Positions 12,806 to 20,975 of a stretch of DNA of 36,475 nucleotides are shown here, in pieces; positions within the stretch are counted from its first letter, which is position 1, and each line of letters begins with the position of its first letter. The stretch is from an uncultured Candidatus Saccharibacteria bacterium (GTDB lineage: Bacteria > Patescibacteriota > Minisyncoccia > Phycocordibacterales > CAIJYI01): assembly GCA_964428135.1 (NCBI GenBank), contig CAYRXD010000003.1:1-36475 (forward strand), written 5' to 3'. Both the position numbers and the translations under genes were made by a program. The notes under the pieces were generated by a model, which saw only the letters and a program-made list of their open reading frames with translations, made no database searches and was not told the DNA's origin.

Positions 12806-14162
12806 AAAGTATAAAAAAGAGATCGCCCTTTTTCTCCTTGCGATCGTTGCGAGGCTTATCTTCTTTTTTGTATGTTTGTCTGCGAACGGGGGCGATGTGA
12901 TCACGACCGTTCGGGGTCAGGATTGGTACTTTGAGATCAGTAGGAATTTGATTTTGGGTAATGGATTTTCCGCCGAGACGACCCCGCCTTTCACTCCGTA
13001 TTCTTATGGTGTCCCAGGGTATCCATATTTCTTATATTTCCTTTTGCTCTTAACCGGAGGCAGTTACGCTCTGGCGGCAATGATTCAGCTTGTATTGAGT
13101 GCTTTCATTCCGCTTCTCGGGATGTACCTTGCTCGCCTCGTCACGCCGGCTTTTTATAAGTACAGGCATGTGCCTTTTGCTGTTGGTATGTTGCTCGCGC
13201 TCGCTCCGTACCAGATACTGCATTCGTTTATTTTCTTTACTGAGACGCTCTTTACTGCCCTGTTTGTCGGCTTTTTGATCTTGTTCGTCAAGTATTTGCA
13301 AAAACCATCAGCCCGGCTTGCGCTTGCGAGCGGTTTTGTGCTTGGGCTTTCCACTCTCGTGAAGCCCACTGTCCAGTATGTGCCGATACTGGTTGGCGCA
13401 TTTATCCTTTGGCGGTTTCTGGGCGAACGAAAGAAAAGTTTTTTCGTACAGCTCGGGTGTTTTCTGGCGATATTTTTCCTGGTGTTGTCGCCCTGGCTCT
13501 ACCGGAATTACCGAACGTTCCATGTCTTCAATTTGAGCGCCCAGGTGTCTTTTAATCTTTATACGACCCTTTTGCCGTCCGTGCTTGCGATCGAACATCA
13601 CTCGACTTTTCAATCGGAGCAGGGGAAATTACCGCCCATCATGCAAGATTCTCTCTTTGGTGCAGGAGAGTCGGTTCCAGCGCAAATATTGAGTCATCCG
13701 ATTGCTCTTGTGAAACTTGCCGCACTTTCTGCTTTCACTTTTTTTACGCATGATGGTATGCTCACCTTCTTGCAGTCAGCAGGCGTGACGCCAAGCGCTT
13801 ATTTGAGCAAGCCGGCAATATTTCTTATTCTGAGCGATCCGATAGCCTTTACAAAAACCATTTTTGGGTATTTGCATACGGGTATGGCGCCAGTGCTGGT
13901 GATGCGGCTTTTCTGGATCGCACTGACAAGTTGCTTCATTCTGGGGCTATTTCATCTTTTTTATCGGCATCTTGCCACTCCCGGACTTTTCTTCCTGATC
14001 ATTCTTGTTTTTTACTTCATGCTGACCACTATGATAAACGGACTGACGGTAAACGCACGGTTCCGTGTGCCGGTCGAACCGATCATTTTTATGGTTGCAA
14101 TGATCGGTCTTGTTCCGATTTATCAGCGCGCAAAACAGGTTTTTCATGCAAAACATCCCTAA
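12792..14162 (+). CDS. GT-C fold glycosyltransferase (ArnT / PMT family 39/83-like)
   Basis: About 456 aa and polytopic (at least 10 TM). Its position between gtrA and a GtrB-like GT2 matches a GtrC-type role. Start chosen at ATG 12792 (MPLFRKYKK), overlapping the gtrA end by 14 nt. Confidence 0.65.
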   Translation: MPLFRKYKKEIALFLLAIVARLIFFFVCLSANGGDVITTVRGQDWYFEISRNLILGNGFSAETTPPFTPYSYGVPGYPYFLYFLLLLTGGSYALAAMIQLVLSAFIPLLGMYLARLVTPAFYKYRHVPFAVGMLLALAPYQILHSFIFFTETLFTALFVGFLILFVKYLQKPSARLALASGFVLGLSTLVKPTVQYVPILVGAFILWRFLGERKKSFFVQLGCFLAIFFLVLSPWLYRNYRTFHVFNLSAQVSFNLYTTLLPSVLAIEHHSTFQSEQGKLPPIMQDSLFGAGESVPAQILSHPIALVKLAALSAFTFFTHDGMLTFLQSAGVTPSAYLSKPAIFLILSDPIAFTKTIFGYLHTGMAPVLVMRLFWIALTSCFILGLFHLFYRHLATPGLFFLIILVFYFMLTTMINGLTVNARFRVPVEPIIFMVAMIGLVPIYQRAKQVFHAKHP

Positions 14163-14841
14163 ACTCTCCATCATAGTTCCCGCGTACAACGAAGAAAAAA
14201 CGGTCGGAAAAGTATTAAAACGCTTGCTCGCCGTCCCTTTTCCCGGCTGGGAGACGGAAGTGATCGTTGTAAACGACGCCTCGACGGATGGTACCCTTGC
14301 GGCAATGAAGGTCTTTTCCCCCCGAATCAGGATCATTAACCTTCCAAAAAACAGCGGAAAAGGAAGCGCTGTGAATGCCGCACTTGCCGTGGCGGACGGA
14401 GACTTTGCGATTATCCAAGATGCCGATCTTGAGTGCAAACCGGAAGAGATTCCGCTCCTCTTGAAAGCACTCGAACCACAGAGGAAGGTCGCCGTTATCG
14501 GGTCCAGGGAAACGCACGCAAAAAACCCGAAGAAAAAAACCTTGTCGCGATTCGGCTCGCTTTCCATCACCAAACTCATAAACCTGTTCTATGGCTCCGC
14601 TTTGACCGACGCTTCCATGTGTTACAAACTCTTCCCAAAAAGCGCGTTCGGATATTTTGATGCGGGCGGATTTGAAGCGGAACTTTTGTTCATTCTCCGC
14701 CTGCTTCAAAACGGCTATCGCATTGTCGAAGTGCCGGTGTCTTACACTCCGCGGGAGACGAGCGATGGGAAGAAGATACGTTACCGGGATGGCATGAAAA
14801 TTATCGGGCGGATACTGTGGTTTCGGATTTCCGGAAAATAA
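14146..14841 (+). CDS. Glycosyltransferase family 2, polyprenyl-phosphate sugar synthase type (GtrB/DPM1-like)
   Basis: KLSIIVPAYNEEKTVGKVL, VVNDASTDGT, IIQDADLE, CYKLFPKS. Paralogous to 34625-35386. Confidence 0.8.
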   Translation: MQNIPKLSIIVPAYNEEKTVGKVLKRLLAVPFPGWETEVIVVNDASTDGTLAAMKVFSPRIRIINLPKNSGKGSAVNAALAVADGDFAIIQDADLECKPEEIPLLLKALEPQRKVAVIGSRETHAKNPKKKTLSRFGSLSITKLINLFYGSALTDASMCYKLFPKSAFGYFDAGGFEAELLFILRLLQNGYRIVEVPVSYTPRETSDGKKIRYRDGMKIIGRILWFRISGK

Positions 14842-14848
14842 AAATAGC

Positions 14849-15466
14849 ATGAATAAAATTTTTGAAACCATTATGCACTGGTGGAGGGTGGATGAGCGCA
14901 TTTTCCCTCAAGCCGTTGATGTGATTGTTGCCATATCATACGGTGCCACGCCGACCGCTCTTACAAACGGAGGAATAGAGTCACTCAAAACCGCCGCGGA
15001 AATTTACCGAAAAAATTCCAACGAAAATACCGTCGTGGCTTGGGGTGTTTTTACCCCAACTTCTGCTTCTGAAATCATGTTTCGCGAAAAAGCGCTTGAA
15101 GCATTTGGGATAAAGGCGGAGAATCAAAGTTATATTGGACCGGTGGCGAGTACTATTGAAGAGGCACTAAAAATTAAAGAAGTGCTTGCCGGGCGTCTGC
15201 ACAAAACAATAGTGGTTGTTGCGGGCGCCGGACATTCGCGCCGAGCGCAATTGGTTTGGAGAAAAGAATTTTCCGAGAGCAACATTCAGATTGTTTCTTT
15301 TGTGTGGCGACAGGAAATCCAAAAAGACCACCCCATGCTTGCACTCCGCAACCGGTGGGCTTGGATTTCTCTAAACATGGCGCTGTATCTCATTTTTCTG
15401 ACACCCTTCGGCTATGCGTATTTTCGGAAAAATTGCAAAACGATGCGGCAGGTGACAGCGAAATAA
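14849..15466 (+). CDS. DUF218 / YdcF-ElyC-SanA family protein
   Basis: VDVIVAISYG..., ASTIEEALKIKEVL and VVVAGAGHSRRAQLVWRK match the DUF218 pattern (nT-ENA; vTs-yHm-RA). C-terminal TM segment. Confidence 0.6.
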   Translation: MNKIFETIMHWWRVDERIFPQAVDVIVAISYGATPTALTNGGIESLKTAAEIYRKNSNENTVVAWGVFTPTSASEIMFREKALEAFGIKAENQSYIGPVASTIEEALKIKEVLAGRLHKTIVVVAGAGHSRRAQLVWRKEFSESNIQIVSFVWRQEIQKDHPMLALRNRWAWISLNMALYLIFLTPFGYAYFRKNCKTMRQVTAK

Positions 15467-15531
15467 CTATAATTGGCGTAAGCCGAGAATAGATTTGTTT
15501 CTGTTCGGGGCTTTTTTTCTGTATGCAGTTG

Positions 15532-15540
15532 TGCTAGGAT
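15532..15540 (+). promoter_or_regulatory. Extended -10-like element 7 nt upstream of ATG 15548
   Basis: TGcTAGGAT, then atactca, then ATG. A T-rich tract at 15512-15518 precedes it and may end the upstream unit. Confidence 0.3.
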
Positions 15541-15547
15541 ATACTCA

Positions 15548-16279
15548 ATGTGGCGAGGAAAAACAGTTTCGGTAGTGTTCTCTACTTATCGGGAAAAAGA
15601 TTCTATCCGGAAAGCGATAGATGATTATTTTGCTACGGGTTTTGTGGATGAAGTAGTGGTAGTGAACAACAATGCCGAGGTGGGGACGGATGATGAAGTG
15701 AGGAAAACAAAAGCGCGGCTGGTGCATGAGACAAAACAAGGCTACGGTCATGGGTACCAGAGGGGTATAAAGGAAGCGGCGGGCGATTACATTTTCTTGT
15801 CGGAACCGGACGGTACGTTTGCCGCATCTGACGTTGAAAGATTTTTGATATACGGCAAAGACTTTCCGGTCGTGGTGGGGACGCGTACGAATCAAAGCAG
15901 TATTCTTGATGGCGCCGCCATGGGGCTTTTCCGAAAACTCGCGAATGTTTTTGAAGCGAAGATTATTGAAGTATTTTTTGCCACAAACTCCTTGACCGAG
16001 ATCGGCTGTACCTGTAAGCTTTTCCGAAAAGAAATTTTGCGACAGCTCGAACCGCACTGGCGGACGACAAACGCACTTTTTGCGACGGAACTTTTACTCC
16101 TTGTGGTGTCGAAACGGATAAAATTCATAGAAATTCCGATCACATTTCAAGAGCGAGTAGGAGAATCTTCACTTACCGCCAGAGGGCATCAGTTGGCTAA
16201 ATGGGGACTTCATATTTTGTGGTTCATTTTCACTTTTTGGCTCCGGTGGATCACAAGGAGATTGGATAAAAAAAGATAA
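15548..16279 (+). CDS. Glycosyltransferase family 2
   Basis: VSVVFSTYREKDSIRKAID, VVVVNNNAEVGTDD, GYGHGYQRG, FLSEPDGTF. C-terminal TM helix. Confidence 0.75.
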   Translation: MWRGKTVSVVFSTYREKDSIRKAIDDYFATGFVDEVVVVNNNAEVGTDDEVRKTKARLVHETKQGYGHGYQRGIKEAAGDYIFLSEPDGTFAASDVERFLIYGKDFPVVVGTRTNQSSILDGAAMGLFRKLANVFEAKIIEVFFATNSLTEIGCTCKLFRKEILRQLEPHWRTTNALFATELLLLVVSKRIKFIEIPITFQERVGESSLTARGHQLAKWGLHILWFIFTFWLRWITRRLDKKR

Positions 16280-16283
16280 ATAA

Positions 16284-16322
16284 AAAGCTCTGCTATCAAA
16301 AATGATAGCAGAGCTTTGTTTT
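16284..16322. terminator. Bidirectional intrinsic terminator between convergent genes
   Basis: 15-bp perfect stem, aaagctctgctatca (16284-16298) / tgatagcagagcttt (16303-16317), with loop aaaa. T runs follow on both strands. Confidence 0.75.
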
Positions 16323-16956
16323 ACTGTGGCAAATCAGCGAGATATTGGATGAGCTCCGAAATACTTGCGAATTTTCCCGGATATTTATACGGATATTCCA
16401 TAATCCGTTTTATTTCCTCACCACACTGTATGAGTCGTTCGCTTGGTGGCCTGCCTTGCGTGCCGTTTACCCGTTTTCTCCAATTGACACAAACGGGAGC
16501 GACCGGGTACATGTCCACAGACAGGTTCCGTTTTTTGACCTCGCCAAGAGCGCCGAGCATGGTTCGGAGTAAGTGCTGAGGAAGATTTGCAACCGCTACT
16601 CGCGTCCATCCGTACGCTTCGATAACGTCGGTAAATTTTTCACTTTCGTCACGAGTGTGTGCGCCCGTTTTTGAACGCAAAATTTCTGTCACACCAAGTT
16701 GCTTCAGACGTTTTTCGTAATCATCCGCTCCCGGCCAAGCTTTATGGTTTGGGTCGAGAAAACTGTCGCCGTTCCCGCCGTTTATGGCCACCACCGGTGC
16801 CAAGCTGGGGACGAGTTCGCGTACGAGTTCGAGCAACCCATCGTCGTCTCCGCCAAAAGATCGACTATAGATGAAGACGGCATCTACCGGCGATGTTGGC
16901 CTACTCGAAAGCAGGAGATTTGTCACTTCGTAAAGTTCAGTTAATTCTTCATACAT
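16321..16956 (-). CDS. DUF218-like (YdcF family) protein, second copy in the locus
   Basis: 211 aa. VDAVFIYSRSFGG...VVAINGG, GAHTRDESEKF and RVAVANLPQHLLRTMLG resemble DUF218 motifs. A strong SD (GGAGGTG) lies 6 nt upstream of the ATG. Confidence 0.5.
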   Translation of the reverse strand: MYEELTELYEVTNLLLSSRPTSPVDAVFIYSRSFGGDDDGLLELVRELVPSLAPVVAINGGNGDSFLDPNHKAWPGADDYEKRLKQLGVTEILRSKTGAHTRDESEKFTDVIEAYGWTRVAVANLPQHLLRTMLGALGEVKKRNLSVDMYPVAPVCVNWRKRVNGTQGRPPSERLIQCGEEIKRIMEYPYKYPGKFASISELIQYLADLPQ

Positions 16957-16999
16957 GCGGCACCTCCATTTATGGTTTGCCTATTTTGTGTTTCAAGGG

Positions 17000-17028
17000 A
17001 CGATGTAGTACGATATACGTACTATCGT
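17000..17028. repeat. Imperfect palindrome in the divergent promoter region upstream of rfbB
   Basis: acga-tg-tagtacg-atata-cgtacta-tcgt gives an 11-bp stem with a 2-nt bulge. A T-rich tract follows. Confidence 0.5.
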
Positions 17029-17084
17029 TGTTATTTTTTAATAACGTTACTGTAACATAAATTAATAGTTTGTGCAAGTATTCT

Positions 17085-18173
17085 ATGGAAGCATCAACAG
17101 ATTTCAATAAAAAAACAATCATCGTTTTTGGCGGGGTCGGGTTTATCGGGTCCAATTTTATCCGTATGATTTTGTCGAAGTATTCGAAAGTGAAGGTTGT
17201 GAATTTCGACAAACTGACCTATTCGGGCAACTTGGATAACTTGAAAGACGTAGTGAAGGATAAAAGATATGTTTTTGTGAAGGCTGATGTGGCGAACCAA
17301 AAGCAAGTGAACGCCGTTTTTGAAAAATATAAACCGGAGTATGTTATTAATTTTGCTGCAGAAACACACGTTGACCGAAGCATTCATGTTGGTGCGCTTG
17401 AATTCGTGCGTACGAATGTGGAGGGCGTTTTTAATATTTTAGAGGCGGTTAAAGGGTCAAAAAAAGTTATCAAATATGTGCAGGTGAGTACCGATGAGGT
17501 GTACGGAAGTCTCCCGCTTGATTCAAAACAAAAATTTACCGAAACGACCGTGTTTGCCCCGAATGTCCCGTATGCGGCGACGAAAGCGGGCGGAGATTTA
17601 CTGTGTCGTTCATATTTCTCAACATGGAAGGTTCCGGTCGTTGTGACACATTGCTCCAATAATTATGGTCCCTACCAATATCCGGAAAAATTGATTCCAT
17701 TTTTGGTCACACGCATGCTGGAGAATAAAAAACTGCCGATGTACGGTGACGGGAAAAATGTCCGCGACTGGATCTATGTACTCGACCATTGCCGGGCGCT
17801 CGAACTCTGCCTTTTGAACGGGGTTCCGGGCGAAGTATACAATATCGGCGCGGACAGCGAACTGGATAATCTTAAAATCGCACGGTTGGTTCTTGCTCAT
17901 TTCAAGCGCAATGACACTAATGATTCGTGGCTCGAATACGTTGCGGACCGTCCCGGGCATGACCGCCGGTACGCGATTAACAGTTTAAAGATTCGCAAGG
18001 AATTAGACTGGCGTCCGGAATATGATTTCAAGAAAGCGTTTCAGGAGACGATTGAATGGTATTTGACTCATCAGAAATGGATTGATAGCATTAGGAAGAA
18101 AACGGGAGTGTTTAATCCGCACATAGATTTGTGGCGCGCTCACAAATTAAAAACTAATAAAAAGACAAAATAA
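17085..18173 (+). CDS. rfbB: dTDP-glucose 4,6-dehydratase
   Basis: IIVFGGVGFIGSNF, INFAAETHVDRSI, STDEVYG, YAATKAGGDLLCRSY, HCSNNYGPYQYPEKLIP. The first ATG is at 17085; the track start at 17070 is a TTG. Confidence 0.9.
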   Translation: MEASTDFNKKTIIVFGGVGFIGSNFIRMILSKYSKVKVVNFDKLTYSGNLDNLKDVVKDKRYVFVKADVANQKQVNAVFEKYKPEYVINFAAETHVDRSIHVGALEFVRTNVEGVFNILEAVKGSKKVIKYVQVSTDEVYGSLPLDSKQKFTETTVFAPNVPYAATKAGGDLLCRSYFSTWKVPVVVTHCSNNYGPYQYPEKLIPFLVTRMLENKKLPMYGDGKNVRDWIYVLDHCRALELCLLNGVPGEVYNIGADSELDNLKIARLVLAHFKRNDTNDSWLEYVADRPGHDRRYAINSLKIRKELDWRPEYDFKKAFQETIEWYLTHQKWIDSIRKKTGVFNPHIDLWRAHKLKTNKKTK

Positions 18174-18178
18174 TTTTT

Positions 18179-18913
18179 ATGAAAGGAATAGTACTCGCCG
18201 GGGGACTCGGTACCCGTCTTCGCCCGCTGACGCTCATCACGAATAAGCATCTTTTGCCGGTATACAATAAGCCGATGATTGTGTATCCGATTGAGACGCT
18301 TCGGCGGGCGGGTATCACCGAGATTATGCTCGTGTGCGGGCGAGAGCACGTGGGACACTTTATCAATTTTCTCGGCTCCGGGCAAGAGTATGGGGTCAAG
18401 CTTTTCTATGCCGTTCAGGATAAAAACAATGCCGGTATTGCGGACGCACTGTCTTATGGCGAAGATTTTGCGGATAAGGGGAATATCGCGGTGATTCTCG
18501 GGGACAATATATTTGAAGATGATTTTGAGAAAGCCGTAGAAAATTTTAAAACCGGAGCAAGTATCTTTATTAAAAAAGTAAAAAATCCGCACCGGTATGG
18601 CGTGCCGGTTTTCGATGCGACCGGAAAGAAAATCATAAAAGTTGAAGAAAAACCGCAAACCCCGAAATCAAGTTTCGCCCAAACGGGACTTTATCTTTTT
18701 GATAGTCAGATTTTTTCTTTTATTAAAAAACTCAAGCCCTCAAAAAGAGGAGAACTCGAGATGACCGATGCGGTGAATCATTATGTTCATTCGGGGGCCA
18801 TACACTTTTCTCTCGTGAAAGGTCGATGGTATGATGCGGGCACTATAGATTCTTTGCTGGAATCGTCACTTCAGATTAGTAGAAAAGAAGGGCTATTCGC
18901 TTCAAAAAAATGA
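18179..18913 (+). CDS. rfbA: Glucose-1-phosphate thymidylyltransferase-type sugar nucleotidyltransferase (short form)
   Basis: MKGIVLAGGLGTRLRPLTLITNKHLLPVYNKPMIVYPIETL; EEKP...SSFAQTGLYLFD. 244 aa. Confidence 0.8.
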   Translation: MKGIVLAGGLGTRLRPLTLITNKHLLPVYNKPMIVYPIETLRRAGITEIMLVCGREHVGHFINFLGSGQEYGVKLFYAVQDKNNAGIADALSYGEDFADKGNIAVILGDNIFEDDFEKAVENFKTGASIFIKKVKNPHRYGVPVFDATGKKIIKVEEKPQTPKSSFAQTGLYLFDSQIFSFIKKLKPSKRGELEMTDAVNHYVHSGAIHFSLVKGRWYDAGTIDSLLESSLQISRKEGLFASKK

Positions 18914-19755
18914 GCCATAAAAATATTGATCTCAATAAGGTTTTAATAACCGGCGCCGACGGAATGGTTGGGTCGTATGTTGATTTTGGTATTAAAACGA
19001 ATCATCGAAACCTTGATATTACCGATTTTGACGAAGTGATGAAGGTTATAAAAGACAAGAAACCGCAAGCCATCATTCATCTTGCGGCGGAGACTGATGT
19101 CGATCGATGCGACCGCGATCCGAACTATGCGTACCTGATCAACGGAGTGGGGACATATAACGTTGCTACTGCGGCAAAAGAGGTTTGCGCGAAGTTCGTC
19201 TATGTCTCTACTGCTGGAATTTTCGACGGCGAAAAAACCGGTCCGTACGCCGAGGACGATGAACCGAACCCTCAAAATTTTTACGGTCGGTCAAAATACA
19301 TGGGCGAACTTATCGTGCGCGGAATGCTTACAGACTATATTATTGCCCGTGCGTGCTGGATGTTCGGCGGCGGACCCGAAAAAGATTTGAAATTCGTCGG
19401 TAAGATCATCCGGCAACTTGATAAGCTCGAGATCAAAGCGGTTAATGATGCTTACGGTTCGCCGACGTTCGGAAAGGACTTGATAGAGGCAATCAAACAA
19501 CTGCTCTTGCGAGATGCCGCCGGTATTTTTCATCTTTCCAATGAAGGCTCTTGTTCCCGATATGAGGTGGCAAAATTTATTATCGAGACGCTCAAGCCGG
19601 AAGTAAGGTTAATGCCGGTCGGACTTGATTATTTTCCCGGGGCAAACCGGGTGAAAAACGAAGCGATGTCTTCGAAAGAAAAACTGGTTCGACCGTGGCA
19701 AGAAGCGTTAAAAGAATATCTTGAAATGGAATGGAAAACTGTTACGAAAAACTAA
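18910..19755 (+). CDS. rfbD: dTDP-4-keto-6-deoxyhexose reductase (RmlD family)
   Basis: VLITGADGMVGSY, IIHLAAETDVDRCD, PQNFYGRSKYMGE. 281 aa. ATGA overlap with rfbA. Confidence 0.75.
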   Translation: MSHKNIDLNKVLITGADGMVGSYVDFGIKTNHRNLDITDFDEVMKVIKDKKPQAIIHLAAETDVDRCDRDPNYAYLINGVGTYNVATAAKEVCAKFVYVSTAGIFDGEKTGPYAEDDEPNPQNFYGRSKYMGELIVRGMLTDYIIARACWMFGGGPEKDLKFVGKIIRQLDKLEIKAVNDAYGSPTFGKDLIEAIKQLLLRDAAGIFHLSNEGSCSRYEVAKFIIETLKPEVRLMPVGLDYFPGANRVKNEAMSSKEKLVRPWQEALKEYLEMEWKTVTKN

Positions 19756-20960
19756 ACTGCCGCATTTGTCACTCTGAAGATTTAGAGCCAGTGCTTAATC
19801 TGGGCGAAATGCCGCTCGCTAACGCTTTTCTTAATGAAGGTTCTTTAGACGAAGAAGAAATGCGTTTTCCTCTCTGTGTGGATTTTTGCCGCAATTGTTT
19901 TTTGGTGCAGCTTCGCTATGTCGTGAGCGGGGAAGTGCTTTTTAAAAACTATCATTACGCTACTTCCGCAAGTTTGCCTCTCGTCAAGCATTTTCGTGCG
20001 CTTGCTGATGAGATCGCAGGCAAGTATATTACGTCTCCTGATGATCTCGTGGTAGAGATTGGGAGCAATGATGGCGTCCTGCTCTCTCAAATCAAAGACC
20101 GATGCCGTGTGCTCGGGGTTGATCCGGCGGGTAATATTACGGAGACTGCCGTAATGGGTCATGTCCCGACAATAACTGATTTTTTTTCTACTACTCTGGC
20201 TGAAAGAATCAAGATTGAGGCGGGTGCTGCGCGGGTGGTTGTCGCTAATAACGTCATGGCGCATATCGACGACATTCGCGACGTTTTTACGGGCGTGAGA
20301 GAATTACTTGCTGATGCAGGGCGGTTTATTTTTGAAGTGCACTGGGTGGGAAATCTTCTGATCGAGGGCGGTTTTGATCAGATTTATCACGAACATCTCT
20401 ATTATCACTCGCTTCATAGCATCAAAGCGTTGCTTGATTCGCTCGATATGGTGGTACATGATATTGCGCTTGTGCCGATCCACGGACAATCCATGCGGAT
20501 AACGGCGGGGAAGTCGGGAGAAATTTCCCCTGCGGTGGAAGAGTTTTTACATCGTGAGATTGAAATGGGGCTGACTCATAGTTCCACGTACGTGGATTTC
20601 TCAAAAAAGATCGAAGAAAACAAAAAAGAACTTCTTGATCTTTTGAAACAACTTAAAAAGGAGGGAAAGAAAATCGTCGGGTACGGCGCACCCGCCAAAG
20701 GCAATACGCTCTTAAATTATTTTGGCATCGGTCCTGATGTGCTTGATTATGTAACCGATACCACCCCGGAAAAACAAGGTACGTATACACCGGGTATGCA
20801 TATACCGGTCGTGTCGCCGGAGAGACTCGAAACTGATACCCCGGATTATATTCTACTCCTCTCATGGAACTACGCTGGCGCTATATTGGAGAAAGAAGAA
20901 GAATTAAGGAACAAAGGAGTGAAGTTTATCATTCCGGTCCCTTATGTGCGGGTGATATGA
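19731..20960 (+). CDS. NDP-hexose C-methyltransferase (TylC3/NovU-like, N-terminal Zn-ribbon plus class I SAM MTase plus C-terminal domain)
   Basis: CRICHSEDLEPVLNLGEMPLANAF...CRNCFLVQL (Cys4 zinc motif), VVEIGSNDG (SAM motif I), NVMAHIDD, YHEHLYYHS. 409 aa. Confidence 0.75.
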   Translation: MENCYEKLNCRICHSEDLEPVLNLGEMPLANAFLNEGSLDEEEMRFPLCVDFCRNCFLVQLRYVVSGEVLFKNYHYATSASLPLVKHFRALADEIAGKYITSPDDLVVEIGSNDGVLLSQIKDRCRVLGVDPAGNITETAVMGHVPTITDFFSTTLAERIKIEAGAARVVVANNVMAHIDDIRDVFTGVRELLADAGRFIFEVHWVGNLLIEGGFDQIYHEHLYYHSLHSIKALLDSLDMVVHDIALVPIHGQSMRITAGKSGEISPAVEEFLHREIEMGLTHSSTYVDFSKKIEENKKELLDLLKQLKKEGKKIVGYGAPAKGNTLLNYFGIGPDVLDYVTDTTPEKQGTYTPGMHIPVVSPERLETDTPDYILLLSWNYAGAILEKEEELRNKGVKFIIPVPYVRVI

Positions 20961-20975
20961 GGGTCTCTATCTTAT

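Noticed and set aside
13947-14901. 210-aa and 228-aa minus-strand ORFs across the GT-C / GT2 genes
   Set aside because: They are antisense to genes with clear family motifs. Their products are compositionally odd and they have no independent signals.
15545-16057. 170-aa minus-strand ORF opposite the GT2 at 15548-16279. The same applies to similar antisense ORFs at 18140-18658, 19845-20264, 24072-24566 and 30295-30783.
   Set aside because: All are embedded antisense in genes with strong homology-type motifs. None has promoter or SD support.
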